Positions 9,263-17,943 of a stretch of DNA of 64,000 nucleotides are shown here, piece after piece; position 1 is the first letter of the stretch, and each line of letters begins with the position of its first letter. The translations under genes and the position numbers were made by a program. The DNA comes from Anaerolineae bacterium (GTDB lineage: Bacteria > Chloroflexota > Anaerolineae > UBA7937 > B3-Chlor): NCBI GenBank assembly GCA_034411995.1, contig DAOUME010000022.1, positions 3,965-67,964 on the forward strand, read 5' to 3'. Below the pieces are notes generated by a model. That model was not told the origin of the DNA and made no database searches. It worked only from the letters and a program-made list of their open reading frames with translations.

Positions 9263-10663
9263 TCAGATGGCAGCCTTGTCTCGGAAGAATGTGAAGAACG
9301 TCTTGATAATGATCTTCAGGTCGAACAGGATCGACCAGTTCTCTATGTAGTAAAGGTCGTACTTGGTCCTCGTCACGATGGACGTGTCGCCCCTGAGACC
9401 GTTGACCTGAGCCCAGCCGGTCATCCCTGCCTTTTCCTGGTGCCGCTCGACGTAGCGGGGGATGATCTGCTTGAACTGCTCCACGAACACGGGCCGCTCG
9501 GGCCTGGGTCCTACCAGGCTCATCTCCCCGAGGAAGACGTTGATGAACTGGGGCAACTCATCGAGAGAATAGCGCCTTATGAACGCACCCAGTCTGGTCC
9601 GTCGCGGATCGCCCTTGACGGCCCACACTGGTCCTGTGTCGTTCTCCGCTCCCTCCTTCATCGATCTGAACTTGATCATCCGGAACGGCTTCTCGTCCAG
9701 TCCCATGCGCTCCTGGGTGTAGAAGGCAGATCCCGGAGAATCGAGCTTGATGAGCAGTGCGACGAGCACCATTAGCGGCGAAAGTATGACCAGGCCCACA
9801 GCGCTGCCGGTGATGTCCATGGCCCGCTTGAGAGTCAGTCTCCAGCCCCTGAGCACGGTATCCCTCACCGTCAGCAGCGGCAGGCCGCCCAGATGGCCAA
9901 TGCTCAGATCGGACGTGATGAGCTGGAACGCACTGGGATAGACCCTGGTGGCCACCCTCGCTCGGTGGCAATCGGAGATGATGGGCAAGATCTCACGGCT
10001 GGCCGCGTCCGGCAGGGCAATGATCACCTCATCGATGCGCTCCGAGCGTATCAAGGAAAGCAGCTCGTCAGTGGTTCCCAGAGTCGGGACTCCAAGGTCC
10101 ACACTCTGCTGCGAAGCCTGGCTCACCATCCCCACTACCGCGTACCCCAGGCCGGGCAGCCTGCGCATAGCCTGCAATACCATGCGCCCGGTCTCTCCCG
10201 TGCCCACGATGAGCACCCTGGCCCCGCCGACACCTCTGCTCTGGAGGCTCCATATCAAGCGGCTGTAAACCAACCGACCGAGCGTCACCAGGACGATGGT
10301 CAGCAACCAGCAGAAGACGATCATCCGCCTCGAGTAGTCGGGCCCGTTCCTGATGAGAAACGAGTTGGCCGCCACGGAGATGATGGTCCCCACAGAGACG
10401 GCCACGAAGACGGAGTAGAACTCATCCACGTGAGACAAGCCCCGCTGCCGGTGGTACAACCTGGAGAAGAAAAACACCGAGACCAGGGTCAGCACCTGGA
10501 TGACGATCACACTCGCGTAACCCCGCAAAGAGCCGAGTTCGGCCGGGGTCAGCCGCTCGGTCCACAGCCTCAGGTAGTAGGTGAAGACGAAGGCCAGGAC
10601 CATCATCGCCATGTCGATGATCACCAGGAGTCCTGCGAACAGCACCGCGCTCTTGCCCTTCAC
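9263..10663 (-). CDS. Polyprenyl-phosphate sugar phosphotransferase (WbaP/CpsE-like bacterial sugar transferase)
   Basis: N-terminal TM segments, a Rossmann-like linker and a C-terminal Bac_transf domain (KFRSM...DELPQFINVFLGEMSLVGPRPE). GTG start with GGAGG RBS, chosen to avoid overlap with the upstream GT2 gene. Confidence 0.8.
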   Translation of the reverse strand: MKGKSAVLFAGLLVIIDMAMMVLAFVFTYYLRLWTERLTPAELGSLRGYASVIVIQVLTLVSVFFFSRLYHRQRGLSHVDEFYSVFVAVSVGTIISVAANSFLIRNGPDYSRRMIVFCWLLTIVLVTLGRLVYSRLIWSLQSRGVGGARVLIVGTGETGRMVLQAMRRLPGLGYAVVGMVSQASQQSVDLGVPTLGTTDELLSLIRSERIDEVIIALPDAASREILPIISDCHRARVATRVYPSAFQLITSDLSIGHLGGLPLLTVRDTVLRGWRLTLKRAMDITGSAVGLVILSPLMVLVALLIKLDSPGSAFYTQERMGLDEKPFRMIKFRSMKEGAENDTGPVWAVKGDPRRTRLGAFIRRYSLDELPQFINVFLGEMSLVGPRPERPVFVEQFKQIIPRYVERHQEKAGMTGWAQVNGLRGDTSIVTRTKYDLYYIENWSILFDLKIIIKTFFTFFRDKAAI

Positions 10664-10665
10664 CA

Positions 10666-11556
10666 CTAAGCCTCCGCAGCCGTCTGTTCTCCCTCCAGGC
10701 GCACCATCTCTCGCAGCATCCTCCTCCCGCCGCGCAACGCCAGCCCTCCGAGAACCAGATAGTGAGCCCACGACGGAGTCGTTTCGGCATAATGCTTGCG
10801 ATAGAAGATGTACATCGCGCGCCAGAACTCGTAGTTGGCCTTGTCCCTGTTCTGCTCGCTGGCCTTTCGCTTGTAGTGGAGCACAGTCACTTCGGGATAG
10901 TAATAGACCTTCCAGCCAGCCTGCTTGGCCCGAAGAGCCCAGTCCAAGTCCTCAGCGTACATGAAGTAGGACTCGTCCAGACCGCCCACCTGCTCGATGA
11001 CCTCCCCGCGGACTATCATAAACGCGCCCACCACCGAGTCTACCTCAGCCGTCTCGTCGGGGTCAAGATACGTCAGGTTGTACCGTCCGAAGCGCTTGCT
11101 CTTGGGGAAGAGATGGCTCAAACCGAACAGCTTGTAGAAGGAGTTCTCCACGGTCGGGAAACTGCGCCGGCAAGCCAGGTCCAAACTCCCGTCGGCCAGG
11201 ACCAGCTTGGGGCCCGCCATGCCGGCCTCAGGGTGGGTATCCATGAACTCCAGCATCTGCTCGAGGGCGTGCGGAGGAAGCACTGTGTCGCTGTTCAGCA
11301 AGAGGTAGTAGCGCGCGTGGAAGCGCCGCAACCCCAGGTTGTTCGCGTAGGCGTAGCCACCATTGATCTCACTCTCGATGACGTGCACCTGGGGGAACTC
11401 GTGTCCCACCATGGCACAGCTCCCGTCGCGAGAGCAGTTGTCCACGACCACGGTTTCGAAGGTGAACAAACCTTCGCTCTCGTATACGGACTTCAGGCAA
11501 TCCCGCAGCAGCTCTCGGGTATTCCAGTTGACGATGACGATCGAGAGATCACGCAT
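10666..11556 (-). CDS. Family 2 glycosyltransferase
   Basis: [18 protein letters not shown]...[10 protein letters not shown] is a typical GT2 N-terminus; contains a DxD-like motif. Confidence 0.8.
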   Translation of the reverse strand: MRDLSIVIVNWNTRELLRDCLKSVYESEGLFTFETVVVDNCSRDGSCAMVGHEFPQVHVIESEINGGYAYANNLGLRRFHARYYLLLNSDTVLPPHALEQMLEFMDTHPEAGMAGPKLVLADGSLDLACRRSFPTVENSFYKLFGLSHLFPKSKRFGRYNLTYLDPDETAEVDSVVGAFMIVRGEVIEQVGGLDESYFMYAEDLDWALRAKQAGWKVYYYPEVTVLHYKRKASEQNRDKANYEFWRAMYIFYRKHYAETTPSWAHYLVLGGLALRGGRRMLREMVRLEGEQTAAEA

Positions 11557-11625
11557 GGTAAGCTACCGAAGACAGCCGTTCCACTGGGCCCGGCACAGGA
11601 TCATCCAGACGGAGGCACAGAAGCC

Positions 11626-12294
11626 TCACTCGGGGGCCGTATCCTCCCCCCGTTCTCCCACCGCCGATAGCACCCTCTGGAGCATGAGTGGTTCAGGCAC
11701 CATCCCGTCCACGAAGGTGGTCTGGTTGATCACGGTACGCGGCACACCGCGGACTTGATAATTGATTGCCAACTGGGGAAACTCGGTGGCCTCCACCATG
11801 TCTGCGGTAACGTAATCACTCTCCACCGCCATCCTGTGCGTCAGCACGACCGCGCTGGGGCAGTATGGTCAAGTAGGAGTGACGAAAACCTGAAAGTGGA
11901 TCGCTTCATCTATCCCCGCCAGCGCCTTCCTCGTGGCCTCGCACAACCTGGACTGTCCGGAGGAGACCGCCTTGATGGCCTCGATCAAAGAGACGAACTC
12001 GTAACCTGAGGGTATGCCATAGAAACGTACCCCGTAATCCCTCTCACCCACGACGGCGATGGCCGGGATCTTGTCTATGCCATACTCATCGACCTCGTCC
12101 TTGTCCGTGGCGAAATCGTAGATCTCGGCCTCCACCTTGTCGGACAGAGAGGCCAGCTCCTCCACCAGCTCGTGCGTTTCGGCGCAGAAGTCGCATTCCA
12201 AGTTCTGCGTGAACATCAACAGCCGCACCGGGCTCACCAGCTCGGCCAGTTGCTTGCCGACCTCCTTCCTGTCCTCATCCCTCAGCATGGGCAT
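11626..12294 (-). CDS. Two-domain thioredoxin-fold protein (Pyrococcus PDO / glutaredoxin-like family), candidate selenoprotein with in-frame TGA (Sec) at 11869-11871
   Basis: ORF 11869..12294 ends ...HFQVFVTPT-TGA. Reading straight through in the same frame gives PYCPSAVV and then the 11626..11847 ORF (LTHRMAVESDY...). The first domain has a CDFC motif. The second site therefore reads TPT-U-PYC, i.e. the canonical CPYC with Sec replacing the first Cys. Confidence 0.6.
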
Positions 12295-12327
12295 GACTTT
12301 CCCTCCTCGTCCAAGGGGACACGGCCC

Positions 12328-13095
12328 TCACCGCCGACTCGCCGCTGGCTTCCTGCCCAGGGCCCAGAAATGGGGCATGAAGAACAGACGCGATCCGTCC
12401 TGGAGAGCCTTCCACGCCCGGTTCCGATACCCCCGCAGTAAGGCTCCGTCGGCGACGTTGTCCAGCGTCTCGAAGATGAAATCCCATTCTGCATCGAACT
12501 CCTCCGAGAGCTGCCGGTCGTCCCAAACAGAGCCGATAATCCCCGCTTGCGCCACCAGCCCGGCGCCCGAGAGAAGCGCCTTCAAGCGCCGGCCGAGGCG
12601 AGGATTCGCCCCCTCGCGGCGCAGCGACTCCTCCATCAGCGGGCCCAGCTCAATGTCTTCTGGATAGTCTATCCGTCCCCCGTAGTCAGGCTCCGTCGTG
12701 GCCAGGACCGCGCCACCCTCCTTGACCACGCGAGCCATCTCCTGCACTACCAACGCCGGGCTCTCCACCCACAACAACAGGTAGCTGCACACCACCAGGT
12801 CGAAGCTCCCGTCTCGGAACGGCAACTGCTGGGCATCTCCCACCAGCCAGTCCACATCCGAGATCCAGGCGGCCGCAAACCTGATCACGGACGGGTCCAG
12901 ATCGAGACCCGTCACCCTCCCTCGGGTTCGCTGCGCGATCTCTGCGGTCACGGCCCCGGTGCCGCAGCCGACGTCGAGCACCCTCTCCGCGCCCCACAGT
13001 CCCGCCTGGCGATAGAGATGAAAACGTGTTTCCTGGGTCCAGTGAGCCTGCCGCTGGAACTGCCGATGCCATTGCTCAACGGTGAGGCTCACCAA
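12328..13095 (-). CDS. Class I SAM-dependent methyltransferase
   Basis: VLDVGCGTGAVTAEIAQ motif I, DLVVCSYLLLWV motif; 255 aa. Confidence 0.75.
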   Translation of the reverse strand: MVSLTVEQWHRQFQRQAHWTQETRFHLYRQAGLWGAERVLDVGCGTGAVTAEIAQRTRGRVTGLDLDPSVIRFAAAWISDVDWLVGDAQQLPFRDGSFDLVVCSYLLLWVESPALVVQEMARVVKEGGAVLATTEPDYGGRIDYPEDIELGPLMEESLRREGANPRLGRRLKALLSGAGLVAQAGIIGSVWDDRQLSEEFDAEWDFIFETLDNVADGALLRGYRNRAWKALQDGSRLFFMPHFWALGRKPAASRR

Positions 13096-13158
13096 TGTCG
13101 CTCCATCCTGCCTGCCGATGGCCCCCGTACGGAAGAGCCGATGATCACGAAGAGCGAT

Positions 13159-14532
13159 CTAGACCGCGGTTGACGTGCTCTCGACGCACAGGGCACCCTG
13201 GTTCTTCAGGTACAGGGGGCACCCACCACCACACAGCGGCAGCTCATCGCAGGAACGACATTTCTCCATCACCCAGTCCCTGTTCCTGAGACTCACCGCC
13301 TCCTCATGATTCCAGATGGAACCCCAGTCGTCTCGAAGTATGTTCCCCAGGCTCGAATAGTAGCTCTGGCAGGGAATGACGTCCCCGTTGGGCTCGACGC
13401 ACATGTTGTACCTGGCGGCCGTACAGAACTTGGCTCCCAACTCCAGATCCACCGGATGGAACTCACAATACTGCGTCGGCGTGTACCAGATGAGCCTCAT
13501 CCCCTCAGCGATCGCCTTGTCGCGCACCCTGACCATGAGACCTTCCAGCTCTGTTTCCAGGATGCCGATGCCGCTGGAGGGCCCCTTCCCAGAATAGATG
13601 AGACTGTTGCAGGCAAAGGTCTCGATCCCCAGCTCCTTCAGGAACTCTATGGTCCGCTCGAACTGCGGAGCGTTCAGAGTGGTCAGCGTGCTATTGGTGA
13701 TCGTATAGACGTCCGTGGCGACCGCGTTCTTGATGCCCTGCACCGTCTGCTTCCAGACCTCTGCCCCCACCATCCGGTTGTGGATCGCCTCGTCGTGAGA
13801 CTCCAGCGTGATCTGAATGTGGTCCAACCCCGCGTCCACCAGCTCTTCAAGGTACCCTTCGTCCGCCAGCTTGATGCCGTTGGTTAGCAGACCAGCGACC
13901 AGCCCCACGTCCTCGGCGTGCCGAACCAGCTCGACCAGGTCGGGGTACAGGGTCGCCTCTCCCCCGGTGAAGACCACGTGCGGTATGCCCAGGTCCCACA
14001 GCTTGTCGATAACCTGTTTCCACTCCGCCGTGGTCAGGCTCTCCATATCCCTGGGGCGGCCAACGTAGCAGTGCCCGCAGTCAGCGTTGCACCTGTAGGT
14101 GAGCGCCAGGTCCATACGGTAGGGCGCCGAGACAGGTGTGTTGAAGGGTTCGATCCTCTGTACGTCCAGATACGAGATGGGGCACACGTTGTCGGTGGTA
14201 GCCAGGGTGAAGATGGTGTCTTTCAGGTGCTCGTAATCCTCGCGCAGCCTGGCCGTCGACGCTTTGTAACGCCTCTTCAGCTCTCTGACCGCCTCATCTG
14301 TGTCTTTGCCCTCGACGAGCAGCTTGGCATGCTCGGTGGCCGTCTTGTTGAGGTGCAAGACCTTCGCGGCGTTGACCACCAGGATACCCTCGCCGTTATC
14401 CTCCACCCGCAAATGGATCCGGAATCGCTGGTCAGCACCATCCGGAGTCATGTAATGGAACATGCCCTTCTCCAAGGGTTCGGGTGCCGTAGGAAAGAAG
14501 GTGTCCTTCAAAGACCGCCAAACGCTCATCAC
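13159..14532 (-). CDS. Radical SAM / SPASM-domain enzyme with N-terminal PqqD-like RRE domain (putative peptide-modifying maturase)
   Basis: CNADCGHC (CxxxCxxC) after an about 115 aa N-terminal region resembling PqqD/RRE (VLHLNKTATEHAKLLVEGKDTDEAVRELKRRY). C-terminal Cys-rich SPASM region (CVEPNGDVIPCQ...CRSCDELPLCGGGCP). Confidence 0.7.
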   Translation of the reverse strand: MMSVWRSLKDTFFPTAPEPLEKGMFHYMTPDGADQRFRIHLRVEDNGEGILVVNAAKVLHLNKTATEHAKLLVEGKDTDEAVRELKRRYKASTARLREDYEHLKDTIFTLATTDNVCPISYLDVQRIEPFNTPVSAPYRMDLALTYRCNADCGHCYVGRPRDMESLTTAEWKQVIDKLWDLGIPHVVFTGGEATLYPDLVELVRHAEDVGLVAGLLTNGIKLADEGYLEELVDAGLDHIQITLESHDEAIHNRMVGAEVWKQTVQGIKNAVATDVYTITNSTLTTLNAPQFERTIEFLKELGIETFACNSLIYSGKGPSSGIGILETELEGLMVRVRDKAIAEGMRLIWYTPTQYCEFHPVDLELGAKFCTAARYNMCVEPNGDVIPCQSYYSSLGNILRDDWGSIWNHEEAVSLRNRDWVMEKCRSCDELPLCGGGCPLYLKNQGALCVESTSTAV

Positions 14533-14637
14533 ACGCCCTCCGCCCGTTTTCTAGAATGTCGCAGCGCCCTCGTCACTCCGCGACCCCGACGGTGCCCTGG
14601 CCCGTCGACATCGTGCGCGCATCCCTCTACTTCCGCT

Positions 14638-14666
14638 AGTATACCATAGAGGATAGTCTCAAGCAA
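14638..14666 (-). promoter_or_regulatory. Sigma70-like promoter for the radical-SAM operon (-35 TTGCTT, 17 nt spacer, -10 TATACT on minus strand)
   Basis: Minus-strand TTGCTTgagactatcctctatggTATACT about 100 nt upstream of the radical-SAM start; GGAGGG RBS before the ATG. Confidence 0.45.
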
Positions 14667-14669
14667 AAG

Positions 14670-14701
14670 AGGCCGCCTCAACAGAGACTGAGGCGGCCTC
14701 C
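14670..14701 (-). terminator. Rho-independent terminator downstream of the SIMPL gene
   Basis: Perfect 12-bp inverted repeat GAGGCCGCCTCA-acagagac-TGAGGCGGCCTC, followed on the minus strand by TCTTTTGCTT. Confidence 0.6.
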
Positions 14702-14737
14702 GATGTTTCCCGCGAGCGCGTTGCTCCAGGGAGACTA

Positions 14738-15478
14738 TTAGCGAATGTCGAAGGTGACCTGGACCTGCACCGAGACCTCCAACTGGCCCGGCTGCACCGG
14801 CGCCGCACCTCCGCCTATCGCTCTCTCCGCGGTAGCGTAGATCGGCTCCAGATAGTACGGTGGCGACTCCGTGAAGGATTCGTTGATGTACCGGGGTCTC
14901 CCCAGCCCTACACCAGCCAACTGAGCCAGCGCCTCTGCCTTGTCTCGCGCCTGAGCCATCGCGTCGGCCCTGGCCTCTTCACGTAGCGCTGTGGGATCAT
15001 CGAACGTGAACCGGATGCCGTAGATGTTATTGGCTCCCGCCCCGGTCGCCGCATCCAGTACGTCTCCCGCCTTGTCTACCTCTCGCAGTTTCACCACCAC
15101 GGAGTTGTCGACCACGTAGCCGATGACCCGCTGCTCGTCGTCCTCCCAGTCGATCTCAGCCCGGACGCTGTAATCCACCGTCTGGACGTCCTCCTCAGCG
15201 ACTCCCAGCTCCAGGATCGCAGCCATCACGTCGGCCATCCGCTCGTCGTTCTCCGCGGCCGCCGCCCGGGCTTCTGCATTCCTCGTCTCCACCCCGATGG
15301 TGATCATGGCCAGATCTGGTTTCGCCGTCGCTTTTCCCTGGGCCATGACTGTGATGCCGGTCGGCTCTGTCACACCGCCCGACGGGCTAGGCACCGCCAC
15401 CACCATCAACTGAAGCACCAGCACGACAGCCACTAGGACCAGGCCCACTGCACCCACGACGATACCTGCTTTGGACAT
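14738..15478 (-). CDS. SIMPL-domain (DUF541) protein
   Basis: N-terminal TM/signal, then the SIMPL-like pattern (VETRNAEARAAAAENDERMADVMAAILELGV...DYSV...GYVVDNSVVVKL). Confidence 0.65.
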   Translation of the reverse strand: MSKAGIVVGAVGLVLVAVVLVLQLMVVAVPSPSGGVTEPTGITVMAQGKATAKPDLAMITIGVETRNAEARAAAAENDERMADVMAAILELGVAEEDVQTVDYSVRAEIDWEDDEQRVIGYVVDNSVVVKLREVDKAGDVLDAATGAGANNIYGIRFTFDDPTALREEARADAMAQARDKAEALAQLAGVGLGRPRYINESFTESPPYYLEPIYATAERAIGGGAAPVQPGQLEVSVQVQVTFDIR

Positions 15479-15621
15479 CTCGACTTGCCCTCCTTACAGA
15501 CTTGGTCTGATCGCGCCCCAAAAGCGCGTCTCTCTCAGCATGTAGACGACGCGGAGAGGAAGAAGGTTCCCCAGCCCCAGGGAGGAGCGAGAAACAAGAG
15601 CGGAGGCTAGCACCATACCAC

Positions 15622-15650
15622 AAAAAAGGCCCCAGCTCACGCCGGGGCTC
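15622..15650 (-). terminator. Rho-independent terminator after tRNA-Leu
   Basis: GC hairpin (GAGCCCCGGCGTGAGCTGGGGCC on minus strand) followed by TTTTTT. Confidence 0.5.
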
Positions 15651-15660
15651 CCATGCTCAG

Positions 15661-15744
15661 TGCCGAGAAAGGGACTCGAACCCTTACGGGGTTACCCCCA
15701 CTGCGCCCTGAACGCAGCGCGTCTACCTGTTCCGCCACCTCGGC
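15661..15744 (-). tRNA. tRNA-Leu(CAG): tRNA-Leu (anticodon CAG), type II with long variable arm
   Basis: Minus-strand sequence GCCGAGGTGGCGGAACAGGTAGACGCGCTGCGTTCAGGGCGCAGTGGGGGTAACCCCGTAAGGGTTCGAGTCCCTTTCTCGGCA folds with a 7-bp acceptor stem, D-arm, anticodon loop TTCAGGG (anticodon CAG), long variable arm and T-loop GGTTCGAGTCC; CCA is not encoded. Confidence 0.85.
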
Positions 15745-15789
15745 ACGGCACCTGAAGCCAGTATATACTCACTGGACCCGTTTGTCAAG

Positions 15790-17442
15790 TCATTCCTGCG
15801 GCTCCTCGCTGACCACCATTCTCCGGGTCTTGATGTACCACTGGCTGACGGTACGGAAGCGATCGCTGGGGTCGACGAGGGGACTCAACTGCACGCCGTT
15901 CACCATCTCGTCGACCGCGTAGTTGTACACCGGGTAGTAGAGCAGCAAGGCCGGCACCTCGTCGGCGAATAGATCCTGGAAGTCCCGGTACAGTTCGGCT
16001 CGTTCGGCTTGATCGGTGCTCTGGCGGCCCTGCTCCAGGAGCTGGTCGATGTCCACGTTGTTTAGGCCGCCATAGTTCTGCCCCTCCCCACCAATCTGCG
16101 TCGAGTGCCACATCAAGTAGGGGTCAGGATCGCTGGGCAGATTGCCCCAACTGAACAACAGCGCATCGAAGTTGCGGGGTCGAAGGGCCTCGTTCACCAC
16201 CCAGGCGCTGTCTTCCACGACGGGCACTACTCTGACTCCCACCTCCCACAGTTGGCGGGCGATCTCTTCGATGATCTGTCGACGCAGAGGGTCCTTGTTG
16301 GTAAGCAGGTTGAACTCCAGCCTGACCTGCTCCTTCTCGCGAACACCGTCATGATCGCTGTCCACCCAGCCGGCCTCCGTCAGCAATTCAGCGGCCTTGC
16401 CCGGATCGTAGGTGTACTGGTGGACATCGTGGTTGTACGCCCAGGAGTCAGGCATGATCGGGGTGTGGGCCACGATGCCCTGCCCGTCGAGGATGCTATC
16501 GATGATACCCTGGCGGTCGATGCCCCACAGCAACGCCTGCCGCACCTCCTTGTCTTCGAAGATGGGCAGGTCGAGATTGAGAAAGATCAACGTGTAGCCG
16601 GACAGACGCGCGGTGTACAGGTTCAGGTACTCCTCCTCCCGCACCTTGGGCAGGTCCTCCGGCAAGACCTCGCTGATGCCCTCCACCTCGCCTTGCTGAT
16701 AGGCGGTGAAGATGCTCTGGTTGTCCGGATAGAACTTGAACTCGATCTTCGAGAGGAGAGGTTGCTCGCCGTAGTAGTCCGGGTTGGCCTCCAGGATCAC
16801 GTAGTCGGTGCTGACCTCACTGATCTTGAACATGCCCGTCCCCACGGGGCGCACGCTGAACTGATCTCCCGGCAGGTCGCCGGCCGGAACGCTGGCCAGC
16901 ACGTGCTCCGGAAGCATGCCCACCGTCGTGTAATCCAGGAACGTGGCCAGCGGGGCCTGCAAGGTGAACGTGACGGTGTAGTCGTTGATCTTCTCGGCGA
17001 CCACCGTGCGCCACAGCTCGGCCAGTTCAGGTGGGCCCTGGTAGTCCTCATCCTGCATGGCGCTTACCGTGAACAGCACGTCATCTGCCGTGAACGCCTC
17101 CCCATCGTGCCAGACCACGTCCCTGCGCAGATAAAAGGTGTACACCAGGCCATCGTCAGACAAGTCCCAGTCCCTGGCCAGAGCAGGCACGATCTCGCCA
17201 CGCTCGTTGAGGTCGGTGAGACCCGAGAAGATGAGGGAGACCAGATCGGTGTCGACCTGGTTGTACTGACAGAGGATGGGGTTGATGTAGCTGGGGCGTC
17301 CGGCGACGCCCTCCACGTAGGTGCCACCGGCGTCAGGGACGACCACGGTGGTGGTGGTGTACGCGACATACCACAGGAGCAGAATGATCAGCGCCACGCC
17401 TACGATGGCGATGACAGCTTGCCAGCGGATATGTCTCGTCAA
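15790..17442 (-). CDS. ABC transporter substrate-binding protein, family 5 (OppA/DppA-like)
   Basis: 550 aa, N-terminal TM anchor, SBP_bac_5-like pattern (YTFYLRRDVVWHDGEAFTADDVLFT). Confidence 0.8.
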   Translation of the reverse strand: MTRHIRWQAVIAIVGVALIILLLWYVAYTTTTVVVPDAGGTYVEGVAGRPSYINPILCQYNQVDTDLVSLIFSGLTDLNERGEIVPALARDWDLSDDGLVYTFYLRRDVVWHDGEAFTADDVLFTVSAMQDEDYQGPPELAELWRTVVAEKINDYTVTFTLQAPLATFLDYTTVGMLPEHVLASVPAGDLPGDQFSVRPVGTGMFKISEVSTDYVILEANPDYYGEQPLLSKIEFKFYPDNQSIFTAYQQGEVEGISEVLPEDLPKVREEEYLNLYTARLSGYTLIFLNLDLPIFEDKEVRQALLWGIDRQGIIDSILDGQGIVAHTPIMPDSWAYNHDVHQYTYDPGKAAELLTEAGWVDSDHDGVREKEQVRLEFNLLTNKDPLRRQIIEEIARQLWEVGVRVVPVVEDSAWVVNEALRPRNFDALLFSWGNLPSDPDPYLMWHSTQIGGEGQNYGGLNNVDIDQLLEQGRQSTDQAERAELYRDFQDLFADEVPALLLYYPVYNYAVDEMVNGVQLSPLVDPSDRFRTVSQWYIKTRRMVVSEEPQE

Positions 17443-17501
17443 GGGAAGAATCAGGCTCCTTCCAGAGGTCTAGGGCGAAGGTCTGCCCCTACACCGGGGC
17501 T

Positions 17502-17726
17502 TTACGGCTTGACAAGAACCGAGGCCAGCGAGAAGACGAAGAAGACAACCGTCAGGACGATGGTGAGGTTGAACAACGTCTTCTCTGCACCGCGGCGCGT
17601 CTTGTAGATCCCGGCGTCAGTGCCCCCGAAGATGCCCCCCAGGCCCTGACCTTTGACCTGGAGAAGAACGGCCACGATGAGACAGGTCGAGATTATGATC
17701 TGCACGATTTGCAAGTAGCCAAGCAC
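17502..17726 (-). CDS. secG: Preprotein translocase subunit SecG
   Basis: 74 aa, two TM helices, conserved LLQ.KG.GLGG motif (VAVLLQVKGQGLGGIFGG). Confidence 0.8.
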   Translation of the reverse strand: MLGYLQIVQIIISTCLIVAVLLQVKGQGLGGIFGGTDAGIYKTRRGAEKTLFNLTIVLTVVFFVFSLASVLVKP

Positions 17727-17810
17727 TTGACCACCTCCAGACTTCCTACATTATAGCATCCCACCCGTCCACCTGTCAAACTCCGCCCACAGGAGGTTGT
17801 CATGTAGGGG

Positions 17811-17842
17811 CGACCCGGCGGGTCGACCCTACTCTTACCATA
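17811..17842. repeat. REP-like GC-rich palindrome (GTAGGGGCGACCCG-GC-GGGTCGACCCTAC)
   Basis: Imperfect palindrome with GTAGGGG / CCCTAC arms in the secG-lepA divergent intergenic region; same family as the elements at 27315 and 44048. Confidence 0.6.
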
Positions 17843-17943
17843 CCCTCCAGCACCGTCTTTCAGTTTGGGGTCGATTCAAGTATAATGAATCGAAGCCAAC
17901 GTAAAGACACTACCAGTGCCCTGCGAGCACTCTCTCCCCGGCC

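Noticed and set aside
11626-12294. Interpretation of the thioredoxin locus as two separate genes (141-aa plus 73-aa)
   Set aside because: The second ORF would lack its own RBS and would begin exactly in frame 7 codons after the TGA. The intervening in-frame codons spell PYC, completing the canonical active site, and the 73-aa piece alone is not a complete thioredoxin fold.
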